A stretch of 64,000 nucleotides of DNA from an uncultured Actinomycetes bacterium (GCA_963704725.1 OY969934.1:1984001-2048000); one strand, 5' to 3'; shown: positions 1-7,793, numbered from the stretch's first letter. Numbers and translations: made by a program. Notes: generated by a model not told the origin, from the sequence alone.

Positions 1-975
1 CGCGCCCCGGCTGCCGAGCGAGTCGGCCTCGTCGAAGAAGACCAGCACCCCGCCGTAGCGCAGGGCGAGCCGGCGGACCTTGCGGTACAGGCCCTTGACC
101 TTGAGCACGCCGACGCCCATGAACATCTGGACGAACGCCCCGGGCTCGACCGACACGAACGGCTTGCCGGTCTCGCCGGCGATGGCCTGCGCCATGAGGG
201 TCTTCCCGGTGCCCGGCGGCCCCCACAGGAGGATCCCGCCGGGGACGTAGCCGCCCTTCTCCTCGATCGCGTCCGGGTTCTCCAGGAAGACGAGGGTCTC
301 CTTGAGCTGGTTGAGCGCCGCGTCCTGCCCCTTCACGTCGTCGAACCGCGTCTCGATCTCGTCGGGCTGGATCGTGTCGATCCCGCCGCGCGACAGGAAC
401 CAGAAGAGCCCGGCGAACTGCAGGATGATGAAGACGAACGCGAACCCGATCTGCAGGATGAACGGGAGCGCCACGACGAGCCGGCTCGGCGCGTCCACGA
501 TCCCCAGCCACACGGGATCGGTCTTGAAGATCCGCCCCAGGAACGTGCTGAGCGCGAAGAGCACGATCGCGTACTTGAACGCCCGCGACATGCGGTAGCG
601 GGTCCAGTCGTCCATCTTGCCCAGGCGGCGCTTGGTCCCGCCGTAGATCCGCTTCTCCCAGAGGCGGTAGTAGCCCTTCGAGTGCTCCTGGACGAAGTAG
701 TGGAGCTGTCGCAGGATCTCGAGGCCCCCGAGGACGAGGATCCACGCGTAGTCACGCAGGGCGATCTTGACCGCCTCGGACATGGGGTCGCCGAGGGGGT
801 GCACGGTCGTCGTCCACACGATGGCGAGCCCGCACACCCACAGGAAGCCCAGCAGGAGGACGAACTTGACCCGATCCCACCTCGCGGAGGGTGCCCGGGT
901 CTCGCGCTCGGAGGGGCGAGGCCGGGAGGGCCGGTCGATGCTCTGTCGCAGGGAGACGCTCGAACCCTTCTTCAT
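1..975 (-). CDS. Membrane-anchored FtsH-like AAA+ ATPase (5' part; runs off window)
   Basis: Manual translation from ATG 975 (ATGA overlap with upstream stop): N-terminal TM segments, RFDDVKGQD, Walker A GILLWGPPGTGKT, Walker B VFFDEAD; not in the ORF track because truncated. Confidence 0.85.
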   Translation of the reverse strand, partial: MKKGSSVSLRQSIDRPSRPRPSERETRAPSARWDRVKFVLLLGFLWVCGLAIVWTTTVHPLGDPMSEAVKIALRDYAWILVLGGLEILRQLHYFVQEHSKGYYRLWEKRIYGGTKRRLGKMDDWTRYRMSRAFKYAIVLFALSTFLGRIFKTDPVWLGIVDAPSRLVVALPFILQIGFAFVFIILQFAGLFWFLSRGGIDTIQPDEIETRFDDVKGQDAALNQLKETLVFLENPDAIEEKGGYVPGGILLWGPPGTGKTLMAQAIAGETGKPFVSVEPGAFVQMFMGVGVLKVKGLYRKVRRLALRYGGVLVFFDEADSLGSRGA

Positions 976-1703
976 GGCAACACCGTCCAGGAGTCGACGA
1001 TGGACTCGACGTCCGATCGGTTCCGGTCGTAGCACTCGGCACTGCACATCACGGCGAGGTAGTAGACCTGCTTGGTCTCGGCGTCGACGAGCGCGGTCTG
1101 GTTGACGGTCACGTAGTCCGGGCTGAGCAAGGCCGCGCCGCCGCCGCCGAGCAGCGACCGTTGCAGGTCCGTGGGGCCGCTCCCCGCCGCGCTCGTCTGC
1201 GCGGCCGCCAGAGAGCTGGCCCGGAACTGGAAGACGACGTGGACGCCCCGGACGCCGTCATGGTCGATGGCGTCGTCGTAGGACAGGACCTGGGCGCTGT
1301 TCGGGTCCTGGATGAGCTGCGTCACGGGGAACAGGTAGTCGCGCAGGGAGCGCAGGCTCGACTGGTCGCGGTCGTCGAAGCTGTACTCCTGCACCAGCGC
1401 GATGCCCTGGGGGTAGTCCGTGCCGAGGGTGGTCGGATTCAGGATGTGCATGACGGCCGGCGCGGGGTCGCCGTCGATCCCCACCAGCCACCGGATCGGG
1501 TCGGGGGTGGAGGCCTGGGGTCCGGGGGGCTCGCCGAGCAGCGTCGCCTTGTCGAACAGCGTCCACTCGGTCGGCACCTTGAACGCGGTCCGGAGCGAAG
1601 TGTTCCGCACGTACTGGTACCGGGGCGCCCCGCACGAGGAGGCGAGGACGGCCACCGCGAGCAGGCCGGCGGCCGCGATGATGGCGCCCCCTCGGCGGAT
1701 CAT
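972..1703 (-). CDS. Putative lipoprotein of unknown function
   Basis: Signal peptide with lipobox LASSC; CATAAT -10 6 nt before ATG 1703; stop overlaps the AAA ATPase start. Confidence 0.7.
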   Translation of the reverse strand: MIRRGGAIIAAAGLLAVAVLASSCGAPRYQYVRNTSLRTAFKVPTEWTLFDKATLLGEPPGPQASTPDPIRWLVGIDGDPAPAVMHILNPTTLGTDYPQGIALVQEYSFDDRDQSSLRSLRDYLFPVTQLIQDPNSAQVLSYDDAIDHDGVRGVHVVFQFRASSLAAAQTSAAGSGPTDLQRSLLGGGGAALLSPDYVTVNQTALVDAETKQVYYLAVMCSAECYDRNRSDVESIVDSWTVLP

Positions 1704-1757
1704 CGGCACATTATGAGGCGTGTCGGTCGATTGGGAAGATGCGGGCCGCCGAACCGC

Positions 1758-2201
1758 TCAGGGACGGACGGGGCGGCCCTCGAAGGGGATCGACAGGGCG
1801 ATCGTCGTGCGGGTCTGCACCTCGCCCTTCTCGCGGAGGCGCCGGATGAGCTCCTCCAGGTCGCGGGTCGTCTTCGTTCGCACCTTCAGGATGTAGTTCG
1901 CCTCGCCGGCCACGCTGTAGCAGTCCTCCACCTCGCGGAAGTCGCGGACCCGGTCTGGCAGGTCGTCCGGCTGGGTGGGATCCAGGGGCGTGACGGCGAT
2001 GAGCGCGGTGACGAAGATCCCCAGGGCCTCGTGGTCGACGACGGCGCGGTAGCCGCGGATCGCGCCGAGCTGCTCGAGCTTGCGGACCCGCTCGTGGACG
2101 GAGGACGGCGCGAGGCCTACCCGGCGGCCGATGTCGGCATAGGTCGCCCGGGCGTCCTCCTGCAACGCCGCGATGATGTCCTGGTCACGTTCGTCCAGCA
2201 C
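1758..2201 (-). CDS. Lrp/AsnC family transcriptional regulator
   Basis: LDERDQDIIAALQEDARATYADIGRRVGLAPSSVHERVRKLE HTH plus RAM domain; GTG 2201 lies 6 nt after TACGAT. Confidence 0.95.
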   Translation of the reverse strand: MLDERDQDIIAALQEDARATYADIGRRVGLAPSSVHERVRKLEQLGAIRGYRAVVDHEALGIFVTALIAVTPLDPTQPDDLPDRVRDFREVEDCYSVAGEANYILKVRTKTTRDLEELIRRLREKGEVQTRTTIALSIPFEGRPVRP

Positions 2202-2279
2202 GCCCGTATCGTACGGCCACCCCGGCCGGCCGATCCCCGGCCCCGGACGGCCGAGCCCTCCCGTCCCCACGGCGGGCGA

Positions 2280-2309
2280 TTGCCTTCACGAACCGGATGC
2301 GGGTACAAC
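2280..2309 (+). promoter_or_regulatory. Putative sigma-70 promoter of the RT gene
   Basis: TTGCCT (2280-2285) - 18 nt - TACAAC (2304-2309). Confidence 0.5.
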
Positions 2310-2363
2310 GGACGCGTTCGCCGCCCTCCTCTCCGGGCGCTCCGACCGGCGAAGGGAGTGGCG

Positions 2364-3068
2364 GTGTCGACGGGTCCCGTCGTCTCGATCCCCGACGTGC
2401 CGGCGCCCGCCGTCCGGGCGCTCACCGTCCTGCATCCCTCGCTCGCCGCGCGCTACGTGGCGCTCGTGGCCCGGGTGGCGGGAGCGGTGGAGGCGGGCCT
2501 GTCGCCGGCGGTGGCGGCCAACCGGGTGGCGGCGTCCCGCGAGCGGCCTCCGATGCTGCGCCTGGAACCGTGGCGGCGCGAGCGGCGGGTCTTCGCCGCC
2601 CGGCTCCGCAGGCTGGCCGGATCGGAGCGCTGCGTCGTGTTCGCCGACGTCCGGGACTGCTACGGGAGGATCGAGCCCGGCGTGGTGGAGCGGGCGCTGC
2701 GGCGGCTCGGATGCGACGCGGTCGCGGCGCGAGCGGTCCGCGCCTTCCTGGACCGGCTCGCCTCCGGCGGCGTGCGGGGGCTCCCCGTCGGCCCCGACGC
2801 CTCGGCGGTGCTGGCCAACGCGGTGCTCGCCGGGGCCGACGCGGCGCTCCGGTCGGCGGGCGTGCGCCACCTGCGCTGGGTCGACGACGTCGTGGCCGGA
2901 ACGACGGACCGGGGCGGGGCGGAGCGGGTCCTGCAGATCCTGCGTGCCGAGCTCGGTGCGGCGGGACTCGAGTTGAACGACGCCAAGACCCGGATCGTGA
3001 CGGATCCCTCGGCGTTGCGCCCCGTACACCGTGTCTCCGCCACCTGGCGGGACCCGCCCGTCGGCTAA
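2364..3068 (+). CDS. Minimal stand-alone reverse transcriptase (RT fingers/palm core, Abi/UG-like)
   Basis: Last ~234 aa of ORF 891..3068: ADVRDCYGRI (Asp codon 2646), GLPVGPDASAVLAN (from 2778), RWVDD (2874-2888), GLELNDAKTRI (from 2964); SD-like AAGGGAG 2352-2358 then GTG 2364. Confidence 0.85.
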   Translation: MSTGPVVSIPDVPAPAVRALTVLHPSLAARYVALVARVAGAVEAGLSPAVAANRVAASRERPPMLRLEPWRRERRVFAARLRRLAGSERCVVFADVRDCYGRIEPGVVERALRRLGCDAVAARAVRAFLDRLASGGVRGLPVGPDASAVLANAVLAGADAALRSAGVRHLRWVDDVVAGTTDRGGAERVLQILRAELGAAGLELNDAKTRIVTDPSALRPVHRVSATWRDPPVG

Positions 3069-3081
3069 GCTCGCGCTGCCT

Positions 3082-4593
3082 ATGCGCACGCTGTACCGAG
3101 CCGCCCGCGTGCACACCTTCTCCTCGCCCCGGATCGGGGAGTGGCTGTTGCTGGATGGCCGCCATGTCGAGCGGGTCGGCACGGGGGAGCCACCGGAGGC
3201 CGAGCGCGTCGTCGAGCTGCCGGGAGCGACGATCCTGCCCGGGTTCGTGGACGCGCACGTGCACCTCACGGGGACCGGCGAGCACGCGCAGTCCCCGGAG
3301 CTCGGTGGGGCCCGGTCCTCGGCGGAGCTGCTCGAGGTGGTCCGCTCGGCTGCCGCGCGCCGCGGGGGGCCGGTCCTCCTCCACGGGTACGACGAGTCGA
3401 AGTGGGCCGATCGGACGCTGCCCACCCTGCAGGAGCTCGATCGCGCGAGCGACCTGCCGCTCGCCGTGGTGCGCATCGACGGCCACGTGGCGCTCGCCAA
3501 CACGCCGGCCCTGGGGGAGTCAGGGGCCCGCGATCGCGACGGCGTGCAGCTGGACGAGGGGGGCGATCCCACGGGGCGCGTCACGCTCGAGGCGCTGGCC
3601 GCGCTCCGCCGGTGGTTCGCCACCCATCTGGCCGAGCGCGACGTCGAGGAGCTGCAGCTCGGGGCGGCGAGCCTGGCGGTCTCGCGCGGCGTGACGGCCG
3701 TCCACGAGATGTCGATGCCCCGAGATCGGGGGATCCGCGATCTCGAGATCCTGCTCGGCCATCGGGTTCGCCTGCCCCTGGACGTGATGCCCTACGTGGC
3801 CACCACGGACGTGGCCCAGGCCATGGACCTCGGCCTGCCGGTGATCGGGGGAGACCTGCCGGTGGACGGATCGATCGGGGCGAGGACCGCCCTGCTGTCC
3901 GAGCCGTACGCCGACGCCGACGGCTCCGGGGCCGCGACGCTGGCCAAGGAGGCGCTGGCGACCTTCTTCCACGACGGGCATCTCGGCGGGCTCCAGGTGG
4001 GGGTCCACGCCATCGGCGACGCGGCGATCGAGCAGGTGGTCCGGACCTGGGAGCGCGTCTACCAGGCCCTCGACTCGCGGGGGCGCCGCCACTTCCGGGC
4101 CCGCCGCCACCGCATCGAGCATTTCGAGATGGCGGACGGCGGGCTGGTCGAGCGGGCCGGAGCCCTGGGGTTGGCCATCAGCGTGCAGCCGGTCTTCGAC
4201 GCGGAGTGGGGGTCACCCGGCGGGCTGTACGAGCAGGGACTGGGGTGGGAGCGGGCGGCCGGGATGAACCCGTTCCGCGACATCGTCGACCGGGGGCTCG
4301 AGATGGGGGCCGGATCGGACTCGCCGATCACGCCCCTGGATCCGATGGCGACGATCGCGGCCTTCGAGCACCACCACGACCCGGCCCAGCGGCTGCGTCG
4401 CGAGGAGGCCCTGCGCGTGGCGACGATGGGGAGCGCCCGGCTGGGCCACCAGGAGGACAAGAAGGGATCGCTGGAGCCCGGCAAGCACGCGGACTTCGCC
4501 GCCTACGACGTCGACCCGCTCGAGGTGGATGATCTCCGCGGGGTCCGCCCGGTCCTGGTCGTGAGTCTGGGACGCGACGTGTTCGCGGCATGA
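3082..4593 (+). CDS. Metal-dependent amidohydrolase (Amidohydro_3/YtcJ-like)
   Basis: PGFVDAHVH, HAIGD, RIEH, GSDSP motifs; TAAGCT -10 overlaps the RT stop, ATG 3082. Confidence 0.92.
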   Translation: MRTLYRAARVHTFSSPRIGEWLLLDGRHVERVGTGEPPEAERVVELPGATILPGFVDAHVHLTGTGEHAQSPELGGARSSAELLEVVRSAAARRGGPVLLHGYDESKWADRTLPTLQELDRASDLPLAVVRIDGHVALANTPALGESGARDRDGVQLDEGGDPTGRVTLEALAALRRWFATHLAERDVEELQLGAASLAVSRGVTAVHEMSMPRDRGIRDLEILLGHRVRLPLDVMPYVATTDVAQAMDLGLPVIGGDLPVDGSIGARTALLSEPYADADGSGAATLAKEALATFFHDGHLGGLQVGVHAIGDAAIEQVVRTWERVYQALDSRGRRHFRARRHRIEHFEMADGGLVERAGALGLAISVQPVFDAEWGSPGGLYEQGLGWERAAGMNPFRDIVDRGLEMGAGSDSPITPLDPMATIAAFEHHHDPAQRLRREEALRVATMGSARLGHQEDKKGSLEPGKHADFAAYDVDPLEVDDLRGVRPVLVVSLGRDVFAA

Positions 4594-4609
4594 GTCGCGA
4601 CGTCGGGAT

Positions 4610-4639
4610 TTGACACCGGCCGAAGGGCGGGCGTAGCGT
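4610..4639 (+). promoter_or_regulatory. Near-consensus sigma-70 promoter with no CDS directly downstream
   Basis: TTGACA (4610-4615) - 18 nt - TAGCGT (4634-4639). Confidence 0.65.
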
Positions 4640-4644
4640 CGTTG

Positions 4645-4813
4645 GTGCGCCGCCGCTCCGGCGGAGGCGCACGGAGGACCCGAGAGGCTGAGTAGAGAAC
4701 GCGGCGCCCCGGCGCCGCGGCCCCAAAGGCCACTCGGGTCCTCCTTTCCTCATCCCCCTCCGCCCCGAGGCGTGGTTCGTTCCGTCCGGGGAATGCAGAG
4801 GGGGCCTTCCGTG
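4645..4813 (+). ncRNA. Candidate structured non-coding RNA, family unknown
   Basis: Three tandem folded domains after the promoter: hairpin 4645-4672 with cUCCGg loop; perfect 12-bp stem 4673-4684/4733-4744 closing a multibranch; irregular hairpin 4754-4804. Confidence 0.55.
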
Positions 4814-4829
4814 TTCATGCGTTGGACCC

Positions 4830-4857
4830 TTGCCAGGGAGATGCCCGGCAGTACAAT
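4830..4857 (+). promoter_or_regulatory. Putative promoter of the DUF4193 gene
   Basis: TTGCCA (4830-4835) - 16 nt - TACAAT (4852-4857); SD GAGGAGAGG before GTG 4880. Confidence 0.55.
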
Positions 4858-4879
4858 CCCCGGCCGAGGAGAGGACCGC

Positions 4880-5224
4880 GTGGAAGACACCGAAGAGACG
4901 TTCGAAGACGAAGAGCTCGACGAGGAGGGCGACGACTCCGAGGACGCCGAGCCTGACGCCCCCGGCAGGCCCGCGACGCCGGCCTCCGCAGACGACGACG
5001 TGGAGTCCATCCAGGACATCTTGGTCAAGCAGGAGGCTCGGGACGAGGCCGAGGAGGAGGACGATTCCGTTCTCAGCCTCTCGCGGGAGGAGCGCCTCGA
5101 GCCCCTGGCCGTCAAGGTCGTGCCGCCGCAGCCCACCGAGTTCATATGCAAGAAGTGCTACCTGGTGAAGCATCGAAGCCAGCTCAAGGACAAGGCCAAG
5201 ATGCTCTGCCGGGATTGCGCCTGA
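4880..5224 (+). CDS. DUF4193 family protein (acidic N-terminus, C-terminal Cys/His cluster)
   Basis: VKVVPPQPTEFICKKCYLVKHRSQL...CRDCA, the typical actinobacterial DUF4193 C-terminus. Confidence 0.85.
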   Translation: MEDTEETFEDEELDEEGDDSEDAEPDAPGRPATPASADDDVESIQDILVKQEARDEAEEEDDSVLSLSREERLEPLAVKVVPPQPTEFICKKCYLVKHRSQLKDKAKMLCRDCA

Positions 5225-7458
5225 GCCCAGGGCGACCTCGGCTCCTGGTGGCGCTGGTCGTGGCCGCCGCCTCGGGCGCCTCGCTGTCGCTGTCCCTGCC
5301 GCCGGCGTCGCTGTGGCCGCTGGCCTACGTCGCGCCGATCCCCCTGCTGTGGCTCGTGCGCGGGGCGCGTCCCCGTCGGGGGGCCGCCGTCGGTCTCGTG
5401 TTCGGGCTGGCCTACTTCGGGGCGGTGCTGTACTGGATCCTGCTGTTCGGGGAACTCGGCTTCGCCGCTCTCGTGCTGGCCTCCGGGGTCTTCGTGGCGG
5501 CGTTCGGGGCGCTGGCGCCGGCGGTGTGGCGTCCGGACCACCCCGTGCTCTCGACGCTGGGTCTGGCCGGCCTCTGGACGATCCTGGAGTGGGTCCGCGG
5601 GGCGTTCCCGCTCGGGGGGTTCGCCTGGGGCCAGCTCGGCGTGACCCAGGTGGACGCGCCGAGCCTGCGACTGGCCTCGGTAGCGGGAGGGTGGGGCCTG
5701 TCCTTCCTCGTGCTGACGATCGCCGGCCTCCTGCTGTTGGCGATCGAGCGGCGGGGGAGGGGAGCGGTCCGGAGCCTCGGGTATCTCGCCGCGGCGACCA
5801 CCATGGCGCTCGCACCCGCGCTCATCCCGATCCTGGAGCCCAACGGGCGCACGCTCGACGTCGCCACGGTCCAGGTGGACGTGGCGAGCGTCCAGGACCT
5901 GGGGGGCGTGGTCGAGGACATCGCGGTGGCGCGTCTGAACGAGGACCTGCACCGCACGCTCCGGCCGGACCCGCCGGATCTCGTCGTGTGGGGCGAGGGG
6001 GCGCTCGATCCCGGCGCCCTGGCGGACCCCGTCTCGGCGGCCGAGGTCCGCGGCGCGATCGCCGCCGTCGGAGCGCCGACCGTGGCCGGGGCGGTCGTGA
6101 ACGACGCCAACGGCTCGCAGCACACGTCGACGCTGGCGTTCGACGGGACGGGCCGGATCGTGGATCGGTACGACAAGGTGCACCTGGTGCCGTTCGGCGA
6201 GTACGTGCCGTGGCGGGGGGTGCTGGAGCGGTTCGTGAAGGCCGTGGACCAGGTCCCGATCGACCGAGTGCCGGGGCCCGACGTGCGGGATCTCCGGGTG
6301 CCGGGACTGCCGGTGTTCGGCACGCCGATCTGCTACGAGAACAGCTTCCCCTCGATCGACCGTGCCATGGTGCGAGCGGGGGCGGCCTTCCTCGTGGTGA
6401 CGATCAACAACGCCTCGTACGGCCGGACCGCCGCCTCGGAGCAGCACCTCCAGATGAGCCGGCTCCGCGCGGTCGAGGACGGCCGCTGGGTCGTCCACGC
6501 CGGTGTGTCGGGGATCAGCGCCTTCATCGACCCCGCCGGCCGCGTCGTCGCGCGCCGGGGCCTGTTCGAGCCCGCCGTGATGCGAACGGTCATCCGAGGA
6601 TCGGACCGCACGACGCCGTACGTCCGGTTCGGGGACTGGGTGCCGTGGGGGAGCCTCGCCTTCGTCCTCGTCCTGCTCGCGCGGCCCCGCGGGCGCGCCC
6701 GCCGTGCCGAGGTCCCCCGGCCCCTGCCGGAGAACGCACGCATCCTGGTCGTCCTGCCCACGTACGACGAGCGGGAGACGATCGGCGAGGTGCTGGACGG
6801 GCTCCTGGCGCTCCCGCACCGGATCGACGCCCTCGTGGTCGACGACGGCTCGCCGGACGGGACGGGGCAGGTCGTGCGGGCCCGAGCCGAGGCCGATCCC
6901 CGGATCCGTCTCGTGGAGCGCCCCTCCAAGTCCGGACTGGCCAGCGCGTACGCCGTCGGCTTCCGGACGGGGCTCGAGGAGGGCTACGACCTGATCGTGG
7001 AGATGGACTCGGACCTGTCGCACCGGCCGTCGGAGCTCCCTCGGTTGCTCGAAGCGGCAACGGGGCACGATCTGGTGGTCGGGAGCCGGTACGTGCCCGG
7101 CGGGTCGGTCAGCGACTGGAGCCGGCCCCGCGTCGCCCTGTCCAAGGGAGGGAACGCCTACGCCCGTCTGTGCCTGGGGTTCGGGGTCCGGGACGCGACG
7201 AGCGGCTTTCGGGTGTACCGGCGCGAGACCCTGGAGACGATCACGGCGACGCCGGTCCGCTCGGACGGGTACGGGTTCCAGATCGAGCTCGTCCTGCGGA
7301 CGTGGAACGCCGGATTCTCGATCGGCGAGGCGCCCATCACGTTCAGCGAACGCGCGCACGGCCAGTCCAAGATCAGCCGGCGCATCGTGGTCGAGGCCCT
7401 GGCTCTCGTCGCGCTGTGGGGTGTTCGAGCCCGCCTGGCGCCCCGCCACCGAGACTGA
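5221..7458 (+). CDS. ppm1: Apolipoprotein N-acyltransferase (Lnt) - polyprenol monophosphomannose synthase fusion
   Basis: TM N-terminus, nitrilase triad WGEG / YDK / ICYE, then GT2 domain (PTYDE, DDGSPDGT, MDSD); start uncertain (CTG 5221 overlapping TGA, or GTG 5248). Confidence 0.92.
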   Translation: MSPGRPRLLVALVVAAASGASLSLSLPPASLWPLAYVAPIPLLWLVRGARPRRGAAVGLVFGLAYFGAVLYWILLFGELGFAALVLASGVFVAAFGALAPAVWRPDHPVLSTLGLAGLWTILEWVRGAFPLGGFAWGQLGVTQVDAPSLRLASVAGGWGLSFLVLTIAGLLLLAIERRGRGAVRSLGYLAAATTMALAPALIPILEPNGRTLDVATVQVDVASVQDLGGVVEDIAVARLNEDLHRTLRPDPPDLVVWGEGALDPGALADPVSAAEVRGAIAAVGAPTVAGAVVNDANGSQHTSTLAFDGTGRIVDRYDKVHLVPFGEYVPWRGVLERFVKAVDQVPIDRVPGPDVRDLRVPGLPVFGTPICYENSFPSIDRAMVRAGAAFLVVTINNASYGRTAASEQHLQMSRLRAVEDGRWVVHAGVSGISAFIDPAGRVVARRGLFEPAVMRTVIRGSDRTTPYVRFGDWVPWGSLAFVLVLLARPRGRARRAEVPRPLPENARILVVLPTYDERETIGEVLDGLLALPHRIDALVVDDGSPDGTGQVVRARAEADPRIRLVERPSKSGLASAYAVGFRTGLEEGYDLIVEMDSDLSHRPSELPRLLEAATGHDLVVGSRYVPGGSVSDWSRPRVALSKGGNAYARLCLGFGVRDATSGFRVYRRETLETITATPVRSDGYGFQIELVLRTWNAGFSIGEAPITFSERAHGQSKISRRIVVEALALVALWGVRARLAPRHRD

Positions 7459-7506
7459 CCTTCGCCCGCTCGACCCCTTCCCGTGAGGGGCGAACCCCAG
7501 GGGCGG

Positions 7507-7534
7507 AACGCCGAGAATGTACGTTATGGAAAGT
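7507..7534. other. XerC/XerD dif chromosome dimer resolution site
   Basis: AACGCCGAGAA-TGTACG-TTATGGAAAGT: 11-6-11 layout with XerD-type arm TTATG(G)AAAGT, intergenic at the point where gene orientation flips. Confidence 0.8.
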
Positions 7535-7750
7535 TGGGTGGCGACAAAGCCCCTACAGCTCCTCTCCCACCCCAAACACCCAAACCCTCACCCGGGCCGC
7601 AGGCCTACCGCCGTGACGGATCTAAGACGAAGGACGTGCCGGGGCCGGAGCCCTTCGGCGGATGGCGTCCCCCGGGCGCGCTACGTACACTCGGCCGAGA
7701 CGTCCGGGCGAGGGGGCTCGGGAGCGGCAACCAGGTCGGGAGGACCCATC

Positions 7751-7776
7751 GAGGCCCCGGTTCGCGCCGGGGCCTC
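7751..7776 (-). terminator. Hairpin downstream of gcvPB
   Basis: gaggccccgg-ttcgcg-ccggggcctc 10-bp inverted repeat; no U-tract. Confidence 0.5.
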
Positions 7777-7793
7777 GGCACGTCTCGGCCCCG

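Noticed and set aside
891-2363. N-terminal ~490 aa of the 725-aa ORF 891..3068 as part of the RT
   Set aside because: It is antisense to the real lipoprotein and lrp genes and is low-complexity shadow translation; a promoter and SD point to a start near 2364.
2202-3081. RT as a group II intron, retron, DGR or CRISPR-associated RT
   Set aside because: No domain X or intron RNA space, no VTG retron motif or room for msr-msd, no TR/VR repeat pair or avd, and no cas1 or array.
7700-7745. SAM-I riboswitch-like GAGGG...CGGCAACC
   Set aside because: Other core elements are missing and there is no downstream plus-strand gene to regulate.
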